This document shows positions 15,085 through 27,754 of a stretch of DNA of 64,000 bases, piece by piece (position 1 is the stretch's first letter; every line of letters begins with the position of its first letter). The translations under genes and the position numbers were made by a program. The DNA comes from Chrysomallon squamiferum (taxonomy: Eukaryota; Animalia; Mollusca): contig CM022670.1 of the NCBI GenBank assembly GCA_012295275.1, positions 31,868,001 through 31,932,000 on the forward strand, read 5' to 3'. The notes beneath the pieces were generated by a model. That model was not told the DNA's origin. It saw nothing but the letters and a program-made list of their open reading frames with translations, and did not search any database.

Positions 15085-15230
15085 AATTTGACCAATATAA
15101 AAAATGTTCTTAAATTAACAATTTATCAACATAAACCACATCAAATATAAATGTTAATTTGATATGTAAAACAATACAATCAAATATGGAAGTGTCTTAA
15201 ATTAACAATTTGACTGACATATAAAACCAA
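15085..15230. repeat. Degenerate tandem repeat
   Basis: TCTTAAATTAACAATTT occurs at ~15108 and ~15195, and CAAATAT/CAATAT recurs about every 40-50 bp. Confidence 0.5.
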
Positions 15231-16039
15231 CTTGAACTCAAAACAATCCTCCAAGAATTCTAGTTTAAATGGATCACCTGTTGTGTTAGAGATGTCATGG
15301 GTGGCAAAACCAATTTATAAAAATATTTGTCTTTGGTAATTTAGCAGTTATTTTCTTGTATCAAAGAAAAGCCAATGTCAGAATGTGTTGCTATAACTTA
15401 AACACTCTCACTGTTGTTGTAAAGGTCACCATTGTTGGTTTAAATTGGAAATTCTGGTCATTTTTATTGAGTAGAGGAATCCAATTGAGATGCAGTCGTC
15501 CTGGATAAATGATTCAGTCATGCAAATAATTCTTCATCAATCATTCAATAAATTTGTTTTTATCTTTGGTGCCTAGCTGGCTTTCTTTGGTTGTGGTAGA
15601 ATCATATCTTTAAAATCAAGATATTTTTAAATATATGTCTTAAATTTATTCTATTTTATCTCTCTCCATTTAATAAAAAATCATCAATAGAGGACTTTTC
15701 CATAAAGAATTTTGAATTTTTATTTATGTCTAAAATTGCTAGTGTTTTCTTGAATGTTTATTAATGAAGATAAAAAAAATCTGAACAAATGAATTAAACG
15801 TGCTTTTTGAAAGATGGTTAAAGAAAGAATACAACAATAAATAAAAGAAGAACACATTTCAATACTGAATATTTTAATTCAATTCATACTTTAATGATCA
15901 AAGGAAATTAGATATGTGTTTGAACAACTGGGTGTATTTTGTCAATGTGCATTTTTGTGAAAATATTAAAAATCATAAATCTGAAGAATGCAGAAATTAC
16001 ACAGACTCGTTGATAAAGATTACAAGAAAAGCCTCCTAC

Positions 16040-16320
16040 AATTCATTAAATAAATGAGAGCAAGACAGACAGTAACACAGACTGACAGAATGACTGCAAT
16101 AAATCACATCTGACTATACAGCAATCTGTGTGTCAGGTGCAATCATTACTAACACTGTAATGAGAAAATGAGAAATTTCTGCTGGCAAACGAGAATATTG
16201 ATTGGCCCACATCAGGTCGCAAATTAATATTGCATTAGGCACACAATAAAATCAGTCAGTGTGCTACGATTTATGGTCTCACTTTCTCTCTGCAGCAGAC
16301 ATTGTTAATTAATTTTCTTC
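16040..16320. promoter_or_regulatory. Candidate enhancer: cluster of TALE/Hox motifs with retained CpGs
   Basis: TGACAG 16083-16088, CAATAAATCA (rc TGATTTATTG) 16097-16106, TGTCAG 16131, TGATTGGC 16199-16206, CGATTTATGG 16267-16276, TTAATTAA ~16305. Three CpGs lie within 80 bp in an otherwise nearly CpG-free region. Confidence 0.35.
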
Positions 16321-18684
16321 TCCTTGTGTAACACATTTACCTCAGTTTTAATCAAAATGCTTTCTGTACACACAGCTGAGATGATACTTTAATTTAATGG
16401 TTATTACTGTGATTTGTTTATATTTCTTCTAGTAATACACAGCAACAATAAAACAATTGTATATAAATTGTGGTTGTAGAAAAAAGTAAAAGTTTCATGA
16501 AATTCACAAGCAGGGCATTATGTATGAGATACTTTTTGACACCGTCAAGGATATGACAAAAACAATCATCAGATCAGTGAACTAAAGTATGAATTTATTA
16601 AAAAAAAATTCTTCTAAATCAGGTCCATGCATTATTTTTTTATTATTATTTATGTCAGTAAATTTATACATTTTATAAGAAAATATCAAGTAAGTGAACT
16701 GTGATATGTATTTGATAAACACACATTAAGGGAGAACATTTTTCTGTTTAGAATTTCATTAGTTTTAACTGATATATATAATCTTAGGTGGCAGCGAGTG
16801 GTAACATTTTTAATATAACAAGGAAATGCAATAACCAGGTAAGTATTTAAATCATCACCACTACAAAGATAAAAACTGTGCACTATTGCACTCAACTATT
16901 TGTGTAGGATGCTTTTGCTCTCTATTTTTATTTTTATTTATGCTGATGTAGCAAATTTCACTAAGCTGGAGAGAGAGGCAGCCCTGCTATCTGACACCAA
17001 ACACTGTGGGACAAACAGAGCAAAGGGGCAACCAAGAGTTCACCAACTTTTAAAAAGTTTCCCTTTGCACAAAGTTTAGCTAACAATTGTTTTCATAAAG
17101 CTCTTCAAAGTCCCTGTATTATTGCCAGGGTTCCTGTGTTTATGGACAAACTTAGTAAGTTTGTTTCAAGACAAGCTATTCTGCTTGGTTTAATTCAAAG
17201 GCTGTGAAGACCCCATGACCTCTGTCTGCTTGTTGATTCAACTTTTCATTCACAGAACTCTGCAGCTGACTTTATGTGATGTAATGTGAGCTGGGTCACC
17301 CAGGTAGAACACTCACACTATTGATGAGAAGAATGTAGATTGTATCAAGTGTATTTAAAACAAAAACAAACTCCCTTTTCCAGGCTCCTCCCAAAACAAT
17401 TAAATAAATATATGACAAAATAAAATTTTATTCATATTGCTAAAAACCTGATTTTTTTTTTTTTTTAAATTATTAATTTTATGGTCAGTCACATATCAAA
17501 ATTGTTTAAAATTACAGTTCTCTACATTATTCCCCATTTCAATTAATATTCATTAAAATGTAAACAAAATCTACATTAAAATCTTCACAATCAGTGATTA
17601 TTAAAAATATAAAAACATAACACATTTTTTTTTTTTTTTTTTTCTGTCTCAGGTTCAAATCTTCTGTTCAAAATGCATGCATGTCCATGCATATTCCAAA
17701 GTATCGTGAATCTGGTTGCAGCATATACCTGTTTGTGCATTTTAAATTAAGAAAAAGACTTTAAAACTGACTTTTTCACACCAAAATACAAAAACAAATA
17801 ACCATGTCAATAACCTTAGAGATTGAAACAAAAAATAAAATTGGGTAAATGGAACTTGTGTTTGCTGTCAAAGTGCTGGACATTTTTAAGATGGACCCAA
17901 CATTTTCAACAAACAAACAATCAATGTTATTATATCAAGAAAGCATTCCAAGCAATTGTCTTTCAATTTATTCAGAAAAGCCTAAATAAATGAAAATTCA
18001 AGAAACAGAGATACTTTTGCACTGTGGCCAAAAGGAACTGGTACACAGGCTCAGTCCTGTGAATTGCCTTGCAAACACGTTATTCTTAAAAATGTCACAC
18101 ACTGCGGATATGGAGACGCGTTCATATGTATCTTCACTTTCCAGTGAAATTGACACAGGCTATTGGCTATGGAATCATCCACAATAGATACATGATGGAA
18201 CAATACACAAGAACCAGATTGTGCTCATGTCATCAATAATTTTGTCTGGTACAACTCTAATTCATACTCCATAAAAATGAAGTAATGTAGGTTTTTTCAA
18301 AATAATATAATTTGTTAATGTAATATATTGCCCCTTTATAATTTTCTTTCTAAAAAAAAATAATCTTATTACTTTAAACAGGTTTTTTTGTAATTTTACT
18401 TGCTTTTGTAATTACATCGCCTATTCATATTTTCTGATAATCAATTAAGTTTATTAAATATCTAAAAAAAGGTCAGTTTCTTTTTCTTTTGTAAACTGTT
18501 AACAGATTATATGGGAACCACTAATAAATGCACTTAAGTTCACAACAGTTTAAATTGATTAAAAATCTGTGTTTTATTAAGTTCATGAAATTAATAAATT
18601 GTAATAAAAAGTAATAAATTACTGGGTACAAAACAATATTTTGTTCATAATCTTGGTATTTTTTTTACATTTATATTTGAGAAT

Positions 18685-18866
18685 GGGATATAGCTCAATG
18701 ATTAGTATGTTGGTCTGAGTAACAATAGGCATAATTCCTTCAGTGTTTAAAATAGAATATGACATTTCCTGTCTATGGGAAGCTATATATAAAAGATCCC
18801 TTTCTGCCGTAAACAAAAAGAGCAACCACTGCAGTAATGGCAGTGAGTTTCATCTCACAGTTTTTA
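18685..18866 (+). mobile_element. Decayed tRNA-derived SINE copy
   Basis: The head GGGATATAGCTCAATG is A-box-like (compare GCTGTAGCTCAGTGG in the 27754 copy). It is followed by the core TCCTGTCTATGGGA...ATATAAAAGATCCCTTTCTGC...AAAAGAG, which I recall as the conserved central domain of mollusc SINEs, possibly the Meta domain (unverified). Confidence 0.65.
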
Positions 18867-19804
18867 CTAACACTGAAAAATAAAAATAAACTCAAACAAC
18901 ATAAAGAAAAAGCTAAAAGATGTTTAACATATAATAATTATTTATAAAAAGAAATAAGGTGTCATTAAGGAGGCACTAGAACATTCATTTATTCATTATA
19001 ATATAAAATGCTAATAATAAGAACCCTAAAATGTCAAGTTACATTTAGTCTGTGTTAAAATATTTACTTTATATTTACTACAGCTTCAAGAAAGAACATT
19101 TCCCTGTTTGAGAGAAAAACACAAAATAAGTGAAAGGTTGAAAACAGAAGCTATGAATGTTTGTTATCAAGTAGTGAGAAGGGGAAAACGCAGATCAAAT
19201 AAAAAGATCTAAAGAAAGGTGGAGTTTATCTCTGACTTTAATGTTTACCAGCAACTAACAACGTGTTCATCTGGTCCATTCATAAAACAGCAAGCTTTAT
19301 CAATAAACAACTTGGAAGAAAAAAACAAATTTCAAAAAAAGAGGGGTGAAAGTCTAAAATGAATAAACTGAGGACAAGTGTTTGTCATGATAGAGAATTA
19401 GCATTTTCTGAACAGACAGCAACATTTTTTGGTGTAACTGTGAAATACTGAAAACTTGGTAAAGCACTTGTCATTTTCAGAAAAACAAAGTACTTGTTTA
19501 AAGTCTGCAAAACACATAGCAAGTAAGTGGCAGTCTGAGGGGGAAAGCCTGAGAGCCAAATTCCTACAAATAGGATTAAAGTGTTCCTGTTTAAACTCCT
19601 GCTTTTACAAATATCAGTTGTTCACAGAGGAAGTAAAAAAATGTACAAGTGATAGTGAAAAATCTGTTTTAAAATGTTATAAAATAAAGCCATATATAAA
19701 AACCTGTTTAAGTTGAAGAAGATATTCAGAAAGTTAGTAAAATAATCTGTTTGATGTTGTTAGGTACATTTTAAAAAATAAAAAGTAAATAACAGTATAT
19801 TTAT

Positions 19805-19910
19805 TACTACTACCACTACCACTACCACTACAACTACCACTACTACTACCACTACCACTACCACTACCACTACCACTACTACTACCACTACCACTACCAC
19901 TACCTCTACT
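19805..19910. repeat. (TAC/CAC)n, i.e. (CTACCA)n, simple repeat
   Basis: Read directly. It produces the poly-V ORF at 19760-19975. Confidence 0.95.
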
Positions 19911-22462
19911 ATGAAATAACTTGTTATGGAAAAGATTTCTTCAATACAATAGTATTTTCTAAAGATTACTCTCATCCCAACCTAATATAGTTCATTTATA
20001 TCTTAAAAAATAATAATAAAAAGAGAAGAGTAACAGTATTAACTCCTCAATGAAATTAAATGCCTCCTACTATAAATACATGTCAGAAGGGACACTTCTG
20101 AAACATTACCATCAACCAAAATAAGGATTTAATTCTTCTTTTTTTTTTCACAACCTCTGTTTTCCATCAATGAAAAGAGACATCTGAATGGACATGTGTG
20201 ATGAATATAAATCACAAGTTTGCACAAGGTGATGACCATGTCCGAAGATATAATTATAAATATCCGATATCCATGGAAATATCACCTCACTTCCTTTTTG
20301 TTTGATTTATCTCCCCTGAATATTCAGCTCCTCAATGATGGAGGTCATGGCTTTCTTAATCTGTTGAGTCTGTCTGGTCTAATTATGAAAGACAAGCTTG
20401 TATACTCCCCTTTTAATGACATGTCCTTGACACAGACTTCCTCTTTTTTGTTATCCATACAGGGTAGTAATTTAACTATTGACAGATACATATAAAAAAA
20501 AAGGTTATCCAATTTGCATCTGATTTGATTCAATAAAGGAAGACAAAAAAAAAAAAAAAATTAAGCTACTGTACGAAAAAAAATGAATAGACATGCCTGT
20601 TTAGCTACAGCATTTTGTCAAAGTAGCAACCTTGATTTAAATTGAGCTTATATCAAAATTCATTACAAGTTTTAACAAGTGGAAATAAATTTTGTGTGTA
20701 AGAAACCTCTGAAGTATATCTGTATCAAACAATCAATTCAAAAATATTTTTATGAAAAATTAAAAAAAGAAAGAAAAAGAAATCCAACTCATTCATCAAT
20801 ATCCTTATCTCCTTTCCACTCAAAGAACTATCAAAAATAACATTTTTTAAAAACCATTTCAAACATTCAAACTAATAAACCATTTTTTTTTTTAGTTGAA
20901 TGTATTTAGTTAATTTGCCCCTCTATTTCAAAGAATATCAAGTCAACCATAGATTTCCTTTTCATTTTATATTAATATTATGCTAGACAAATGGAAAAAT
21001 TATTTTAGAAAATAAATTTTATTTCTTCTTGTCACATATCCAAACTGTACAAATGAGTTGTTTTTAATTCTGTATATAAATTTTATTTTACACTGATTTT
21101 GGCTGAACAGATATCATTTTATTGGACTAGAATTATTTATTATTCTCTTTATTTTTTTAATATGTGGATACCCAGGAACATATGGTTAAGTCTTAAAAGA
21201 CAGATTTCCAAAAGAAAAAAAGAAAATAAAAGGAATCAGCCTTGAACTGGCATAGTTGAACTCACAGAAAATATGTTTTTGAATAACACCACTGAATGAC
21301 AAACTTCATTGGTATTATCAGTGTCACATCCTCTACCTCCCACCTACCAGTCAAACAACACCTGCTACAAACAGGAAAGCAGTAGCTTTTGAGACAGGTA
21401 TCAACTGACCAGTGCCTTTCACATGAATTGAATAAGAATTCTGTCTCTGGATCCCATTTTGTGACCCTTTGACTTGCCACTAAACAAGGTCAAGGTCTGC
21501 TGACCAATGTCTTTTATCCATTTTATAGTTTGTTGGTGGTCACTATGAACTATCTAGTTGGATGTGGTCAAAACATCCTGTGTGACCTTCACACTGTTCT
21601 AATTAAAATGTGTACATTTGGTGTTTTTCCTCTAGACATGAATTAATTACTACCACAGAGGAAAGTTGGTAAACTAGAGATTTAGACAGTTGAAATCAAA
21701 ACAATATATATACTTTGTAGAAATGTCTTTTTTCAGTAATTTGATTTTTTAATCCTTTGTGTTTTATATACATATAATGGCTTATTACATTAAAAGTATC
21801 ATCCCCATCAACAATTTTCATCATTTAAGAAAAAAAATTAATAACAAATAAATAAAATAAAATAAAATAAAATAATAATAATAGAAAAAAAGGTAAAAAG
21901 TAATTAAAAGAAAAACTGTCATCATTTAATTTCTGATCATTAGTTGACAACTGAATGAAAGCTGATATAAACACTTGTATGTTTTAAGTCAGCGCTGTAT
22001 GCATTATTTGTCATGTGACAGAAAAAACTGTGTGTGTTGACTGCAAGATGTACAGAGGTTAACATCATGTGGCTGAGGCTGTTAATTCTGGTAACCACAT
22101 TATGTCGTCTGGTGCTCATACACAGTAACTAAATGTCAGTGAACTGGAATATCAACTGATTTGCATGACTACACATTTTAAAAGTGCTGAGCTATGACAA
22201 GCATACATTTTAAAGTAATTTGTCTCTTTGCCATCCTCTTCTCTTTTTTCCTATCTCTGTTTATACACTTATCATTCAGCCCCTCTCCAATGTTCATTTT
22301 AAAAAAAATATATATATTTCTTATCCCTATTTTTTTCACATTTTCTACCTTTATCTGCAGTTATATACATTGTTTCCTTCCCATTTTAATTTTCCACTTC
22401 TCTTGCTTTTATCTCTGAGAACATGCACATATATACATGAATAGATACATACTATCTCTCTC

Positions 22463-22464
<2 letters not shown>

Positions 22465-22524
<60 letters not shown>
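22465..22524. repeat. (AC)30 microsatellite
   Basis: Read directly. Confidence 0.97.
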
Positions 22525-22528
<4 letters not shown>

Positions 22529-23994
22529 AAGTCAACTGTCATAATACTTTTTATCCAAATGTTTCTTTTTTTCCATTTTTTTCTCTCTGAGCAACAAAGT
22601 TACGAAGGATATGATAATTCTATCTTAAAAAAAAATTATATGAACGATTATTTAAAAAAGAATAAATCATTTCTCATACCACAGCAAATAAAGCAGACAA
22701 CTAACTATATACACAAAAAATAAATATCTAATACTCTTAAAAGAAATCTGTCTTTTCATATTACAATGTTTTTGACCAAACAACTCTTGACAAATGATAG
22801 AAGAAATGTATCATATTATCACTAATTATTTACTTTAAAATGATTTTTTTCTTATTTATATGAAATTGGAGGGAAGTGAATTTTTCTGAAGAGGTTCTGT
22901 CTTTTGTGAACATTAAGCACAGAAAGTTAGTCTAACTGTTGAATCATACACTCACTGCTTGAAACTTTATTCACACTTGTTATATCACAGATATAATAAA
23001 TGTACAGCTTTTATATCAACTGACAAGTGGGTATTGTTGTAATACAGTAATAGTTTAACCTCCTCTTTTTTGTCCTGTTCTGGTTCAATGATAAAAAGGA
23101 AATACTAAAAATAAAGGTCCTTGGTCATACATCCTACACCTAGTCACTAATCTATATTGAGTTTTAATCAAATCAGCTCTGAAAGTAATGGGTATGAAAT
23201 GTGACACTACTTCTTAACTAGAGACAGGCTTCACAACAGGATGGGCATTATTATCATCACTGTCATTACAGGCTTATAAAAATACTTATCAATGGATCCA
23301 GCAGAGACAAGTTTTTCACACTGGGGCAGAGAAAAATTGTGCCAAGCTGTTGGGGTTAAAAACCTGATTGTTCCTGAGGGGTCAGTACCAAATAATTATG
23401 AAGGAGAGAAACTGTTTAGTAAAGGGCAATGATCCTGTGTGTCTAATGAGGGCCAGACATCAGCCCCCACTGATGTGGATGATGGTGAATGCCCCTCAGG
23501 GCAGGGCTGGTTAAGGGAACATACTTATAAATAGGATGTGGTTATGGAGGTGATAATAGCAACAATTTGGGAAGGAACTTTTTTCATTCATGAAAATATA
23601 AAAGCTAAAGCATGAATGAAAAGCTAAAATGGATTCCCTCCTCACAGGTGTTCTCGTCAGAACCAGCTAATTAAATGGCTGACAAGTTGGTATTTCAGAC
23701 AAAAAGTCAACTGAAACTAAGTGAATGAAACTTTAACCTTAACAGAATGAAAGAAAATGTAACAATATTATATAATAAAAGTTGAAATAGTTAACTTCAC
23801 ATATGATTATATTGACAGGTTTCTTATTTATTTATTTATTTATTAATATTGTAATTTGTACTTTTGAATACAAATTTTTATCACATTTAATATTAATAAA
23901 AAAACTGAAAAAAAAGCTGAAGAAACAATTTCTTTATTTCTTTTCTATATAAAATAATAAAATTGTTTCTAATATTTGATATTTATAGCTAGTA

Positions 23995-24018
23995 ATATAT
24001 ATATATATATATATATAT
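23995..24018. repeat. (TA)n microsatellite within an A-rich low-complexity tract
   Basis: Read directly. Confidence 0.9.
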
Positions 24019-25849
24019 AAAAAAAGTTAAAATGTTTAATTGAAATTAATATATATTTTATTAAAAGGAAAACAATCCATCAAAAATATTATAAATAAAA
24101 ATATACATTAAAGAAATTAAATAATATAAATAAAAATATACTTTAGAGAAATAAAATAAAATAAAGGAAAAGGAAAATCATTAAAAAAGATTTTGAAAAT
24201 TTAGCTGAATGCAGACTGTTAAAGATTCCTTATCCTGCTAAATAAATAAATAAATAAATAAATTTGTGATAGATAAGACTTACTTCCCCTTGTCCATTTT
24301 TTTTTTTTAAAGTAACAGATTTGGTGTACCTCAAGTTCGTGAAAAATAAATAACAGTATATTCTAAAATGAAAATTAACATAGAAAATCACAGAAACATC
24401 AGAAAAATTAAAATAATAACATTTTTTCTTTAGAATCCCAGGTAATGATAAATGCAATGCATATAAATTAATTAATACAAATTTTAGAATTTCCATATGA
24501 AGTAAAAAATAAATAAATAAATAAAGAAAGAAAAAACACACAAAAAAACCAACAAACAAAATAACATTTTGGCAGACAGATAAGTTATAGAGTTGTAGGA
24601 AGGAAAATAATTTGTCATTGTGAAGATGTTTGTGATAAGTGTTGTTTGAAATTTGAACTTAAGTTATCACTTCCATCATACAAATGTTTTGGGGGCTGTG
24701 TTTCCTGCATTATTTCTTCTTTCAGAATGTCCTGTGACAGAATATTTCCAGTCATATAAATTTGTAGAGATACCCATTTCTTTCTTTTGATTGAGCAGTA
24801 GATATTCTAGAATCAGTTAAACCTAACAGAATGAAAAATGATGAACAAACAACTTCAAGTGAAGTTATTAGCAGCAAAAAGCTATAAATGTCTCCTGAAA
24901 ATAGTTTCATTGAAAAGGATTACTTGAATTGGTTACTCATGCATGCCAATTTATTCCTATGGTTTTTATTTATTTATTTATTTAATTTTTTTTTATTTTT
25001 TTTCCCCTGTAACCAAAAGTTTGATGACCATGGTTTCAAAGATTTCATATCTAATTCTTTATTTCTTAACCAAAATTGTTAAGAACTACTATGAAATATA
25101 AATCAAGAATTTCAATAATGAAAATTTTAGGGGAATCATTCAGTCCCATCTTATATCTGTGGCTTCATGCCTTCACTAGAATCAGTCATAAAGACCCTGA
25201 CATAAAATATCCTAAAATTCTATTCTTGAGTAAGTTGCAGTGAAACAACTGTTTCATTATCTACATCTTCATATTTTCTTCAAAATCATTAAGAAACACC
25301 CTAAAAGCAAATTTCAAAAATTTCTAACCTTACATATTTAAATATTCACTTTCTATAATGTCTATAATCATAAGCAATTAAAAACTATACTGTAATCAAA
25401 CATTTAAAAAAATATTAAATAAATAAAGAGCTGATGGCAATTAATGTGCACTCAAATTCACCACTTTTGGTGCTGCCCACAGTTTTACCAGTTGCTAAGC
25501 TATCTTTGAGAAAATGCCCTCCTGGTGTTGTTGACATGATTGTAAAGTCATTACAGCCCTAATTTACTTTTAAGTCAGTCCAGGCATTCCCCTGCTGTTT
25601 CTGACGTGCTTATGGCATCTTACATGCAAAGTATCCGGTGTGTCTGCCAGATATTTGTAACACATCAGAGGACCACTGTCATTTTAAAGCTGCAAATCTC
25701 ATTCTGCTCAAGGGGCAGATAAAAGTATGTTTCACAGGCTGTGGTCCTAAATTAGATTACCAGACACATAATTAATACACCAGGGAATTGGTGGCACGTT
25801 TTTCTATAAAACATCAAAATTAAAAATTTAATTAGTTTTATTATTTTTA

Positions 25850-25852
<3 letters not shown>

Positions 25853-25902
<50 letters not shown>

Positions 25903-25944
25903 GGATAGTTTGAATTTTTTCAGAGTGTTATTACATTCCACAAA

Positions 25945-25981
<37 letters not shown>
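25853..25981. repeat. (ATT)n at 25853-25902 and (TA)n at 25948-25981
   Basis: Read directly. Confidence 0.95.
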
Positions 25982-25984
<3 letters not shown>

Positions 25985-27479
25985 CACAATGCAATTTTAC
26001 AGGAATACAGAAACAAAACACTTGGGTTTGGATGTCTTCTGTATGTATAAATTATAAAAAAGTGTTCTGGATAATTCTGTAACCAAAAAACTTACAGATA
26101 TTATTATTTTCCTGTAAATTATAGTATACACTCTTAAAATATAAATCCTGTTTTCCATTATAGCATAAGGCATCTTAAAATGTGTGTACAAAATGCTCTA
26201 CAGATTTACCAAGCTTGAATCTATCTCATCATTCTTTAATAACACTTTAACTTTTATACCTGTGTCTGCAATCTAATAAAACTTTAGTGAATGTTTTTTT
26301 ATGTAAGGCTCTGTGATTTAAAAAAACAAAAACTAAGATAACAAAAATTAAATAAACTCAAAACCAAAAGGTTTAAACTCCAGATTATAAAACTAACTTG
26401 TTATATCAATAATTAAAGTTATACTTTGTATTAGGATGAATCATATTTTTGAAGAAAAGGAAAGTAAATAATGAATCTTGAAATTACAACAAACAAAACA
26501 GAAAAGAAAAGGGCTACCTTAAAAATGAATCATGAATACAACAATCAAAAAATATTTTAAAAATAAGTAAAGAAACAACAACAACAAGCCCCTAATTTTA
26601 CTGGGATATGAAAATATCCTTTAACCATGACCTGTCCTATACCACTGATTATAGACTCAAAAGGTAACCTGTTTGCATATACCTAACCCCCTAAAAAATG
26701 TTCCCAGCTAACTTAGAGATCAATGGCCTTCAAGTTATTTTTACTAGGTTCTCACAACATTATTTTCACTTGCTTTATTGCTTTTAATGTATGTTTGGAA
26801 ACAGATCAGCAGATAATTACAACTGACCATTACCACCATACAGTGACAAAAACTTCCAACAAGGAAGGGATCAACAAACACACAATATCTAATCCAGTGA
26901 CATTTACTAAGAACCATCATCACAGGACAATATGGAGTTTATCTCTTCTAGGATATCCACTCCCATCCATGATTCAACATTTTGTTGTTAACCTATCATC
27001 TGGTTAAAGAAACACAATTTGCAATAAAGAAAATTATTCCCACAGGACTATCAACATTCATGTTAAAAACAATGTTAGAAGAAGGTAATTCCACCTGGGG
27101 ATTACAGGTAACTGATAGATCTATATACCTTTACAGTTAAACTTCATTAACAAAAAATAAATAGAAATGTTTTATTTGACACTTGAAAGATGTAATGTTT
27201 GAAACATTTTTTTTTTTTTTTTTTAATTTTTATTTATTTATTTATTTTTTTTTTTTTTTTGTTGATAAAATGTTGTATTTACTTGGTTCTAAAATCAGAT
27301 GATGCTATTTAATAAAGTTAAAAACGGAAATATAAAATTGTATTCATTATGGAATATTCACAAGACTTTTCATCCTATAAAAAATATAATACTCTAATGT
27401 TAACAGAAGGAAATAAGTAAACAAAAAAACAAAACAAAAATTATCTGGTAAAGAAATGTCTCCTGAAAATTAATTTTAA

Positions 27480-27754
27480 ATATTATTAGATTTTTCATTA
27501 CTTTTTTCAATCATCAGTTATTAAACCTGATTTTCTAACATAATCTGCAGAATAAACCTGATTTTTTTTCCATTAGCAGAAAATATTTTATATCACTCTG
27601 TAGATAGAAAGGCACAAACCTTAACCTTTAATAATCAGTTCATGGGGCTCTGACTGGAATGAAAAATAGTCCAGTGGTAACATTAAGAAGCATTGAGCCT
27701 ATGACCTGTAACACCTGAGACTAATGCTTTAACCACTGAGCTACAGCCTGCCCC
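27480..27754 (-). mobile_element. Most complete tRNA-derived SINE copy in the window (decayed)
   Basis: The minus strand begins GGGGCAGGCTGTAGCTCAGTGGTTAAAGCA (Pol III A box) and has a degenerate B box GGCTCAATGC. It continues GGACTATTTTTCATTCCAGTCAG...AACTG...AAAGG...GGTTTGTGC...TATAAAATA...GCTAATGGAAAAA. Blocks are shared with the copies at 2068, 4055, 18685 and 59885. Confidence 0.7.

Noticed and set aside
26255-26280. Possible upstream kinase exon end (CAC AG|gtataa)
   Set aside because: It reads LDCRHR rather than a kinase-like xxI/VHR, with no alpha-E helix sequence upstream.
24886-27470. 17-bp exact repeat AAATGTCTCCTGAAAAT at ~24886 and ~27454
   Set aside because: About one such match is expected by chance in 64 kb of AT-rich DNA, and the flanks do not extend.
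27680-27754. tRNA gene
   Set aside because: It has an A box, but the B box is degenerate and there is no cloverleaf. It continues into SINE body sequence.
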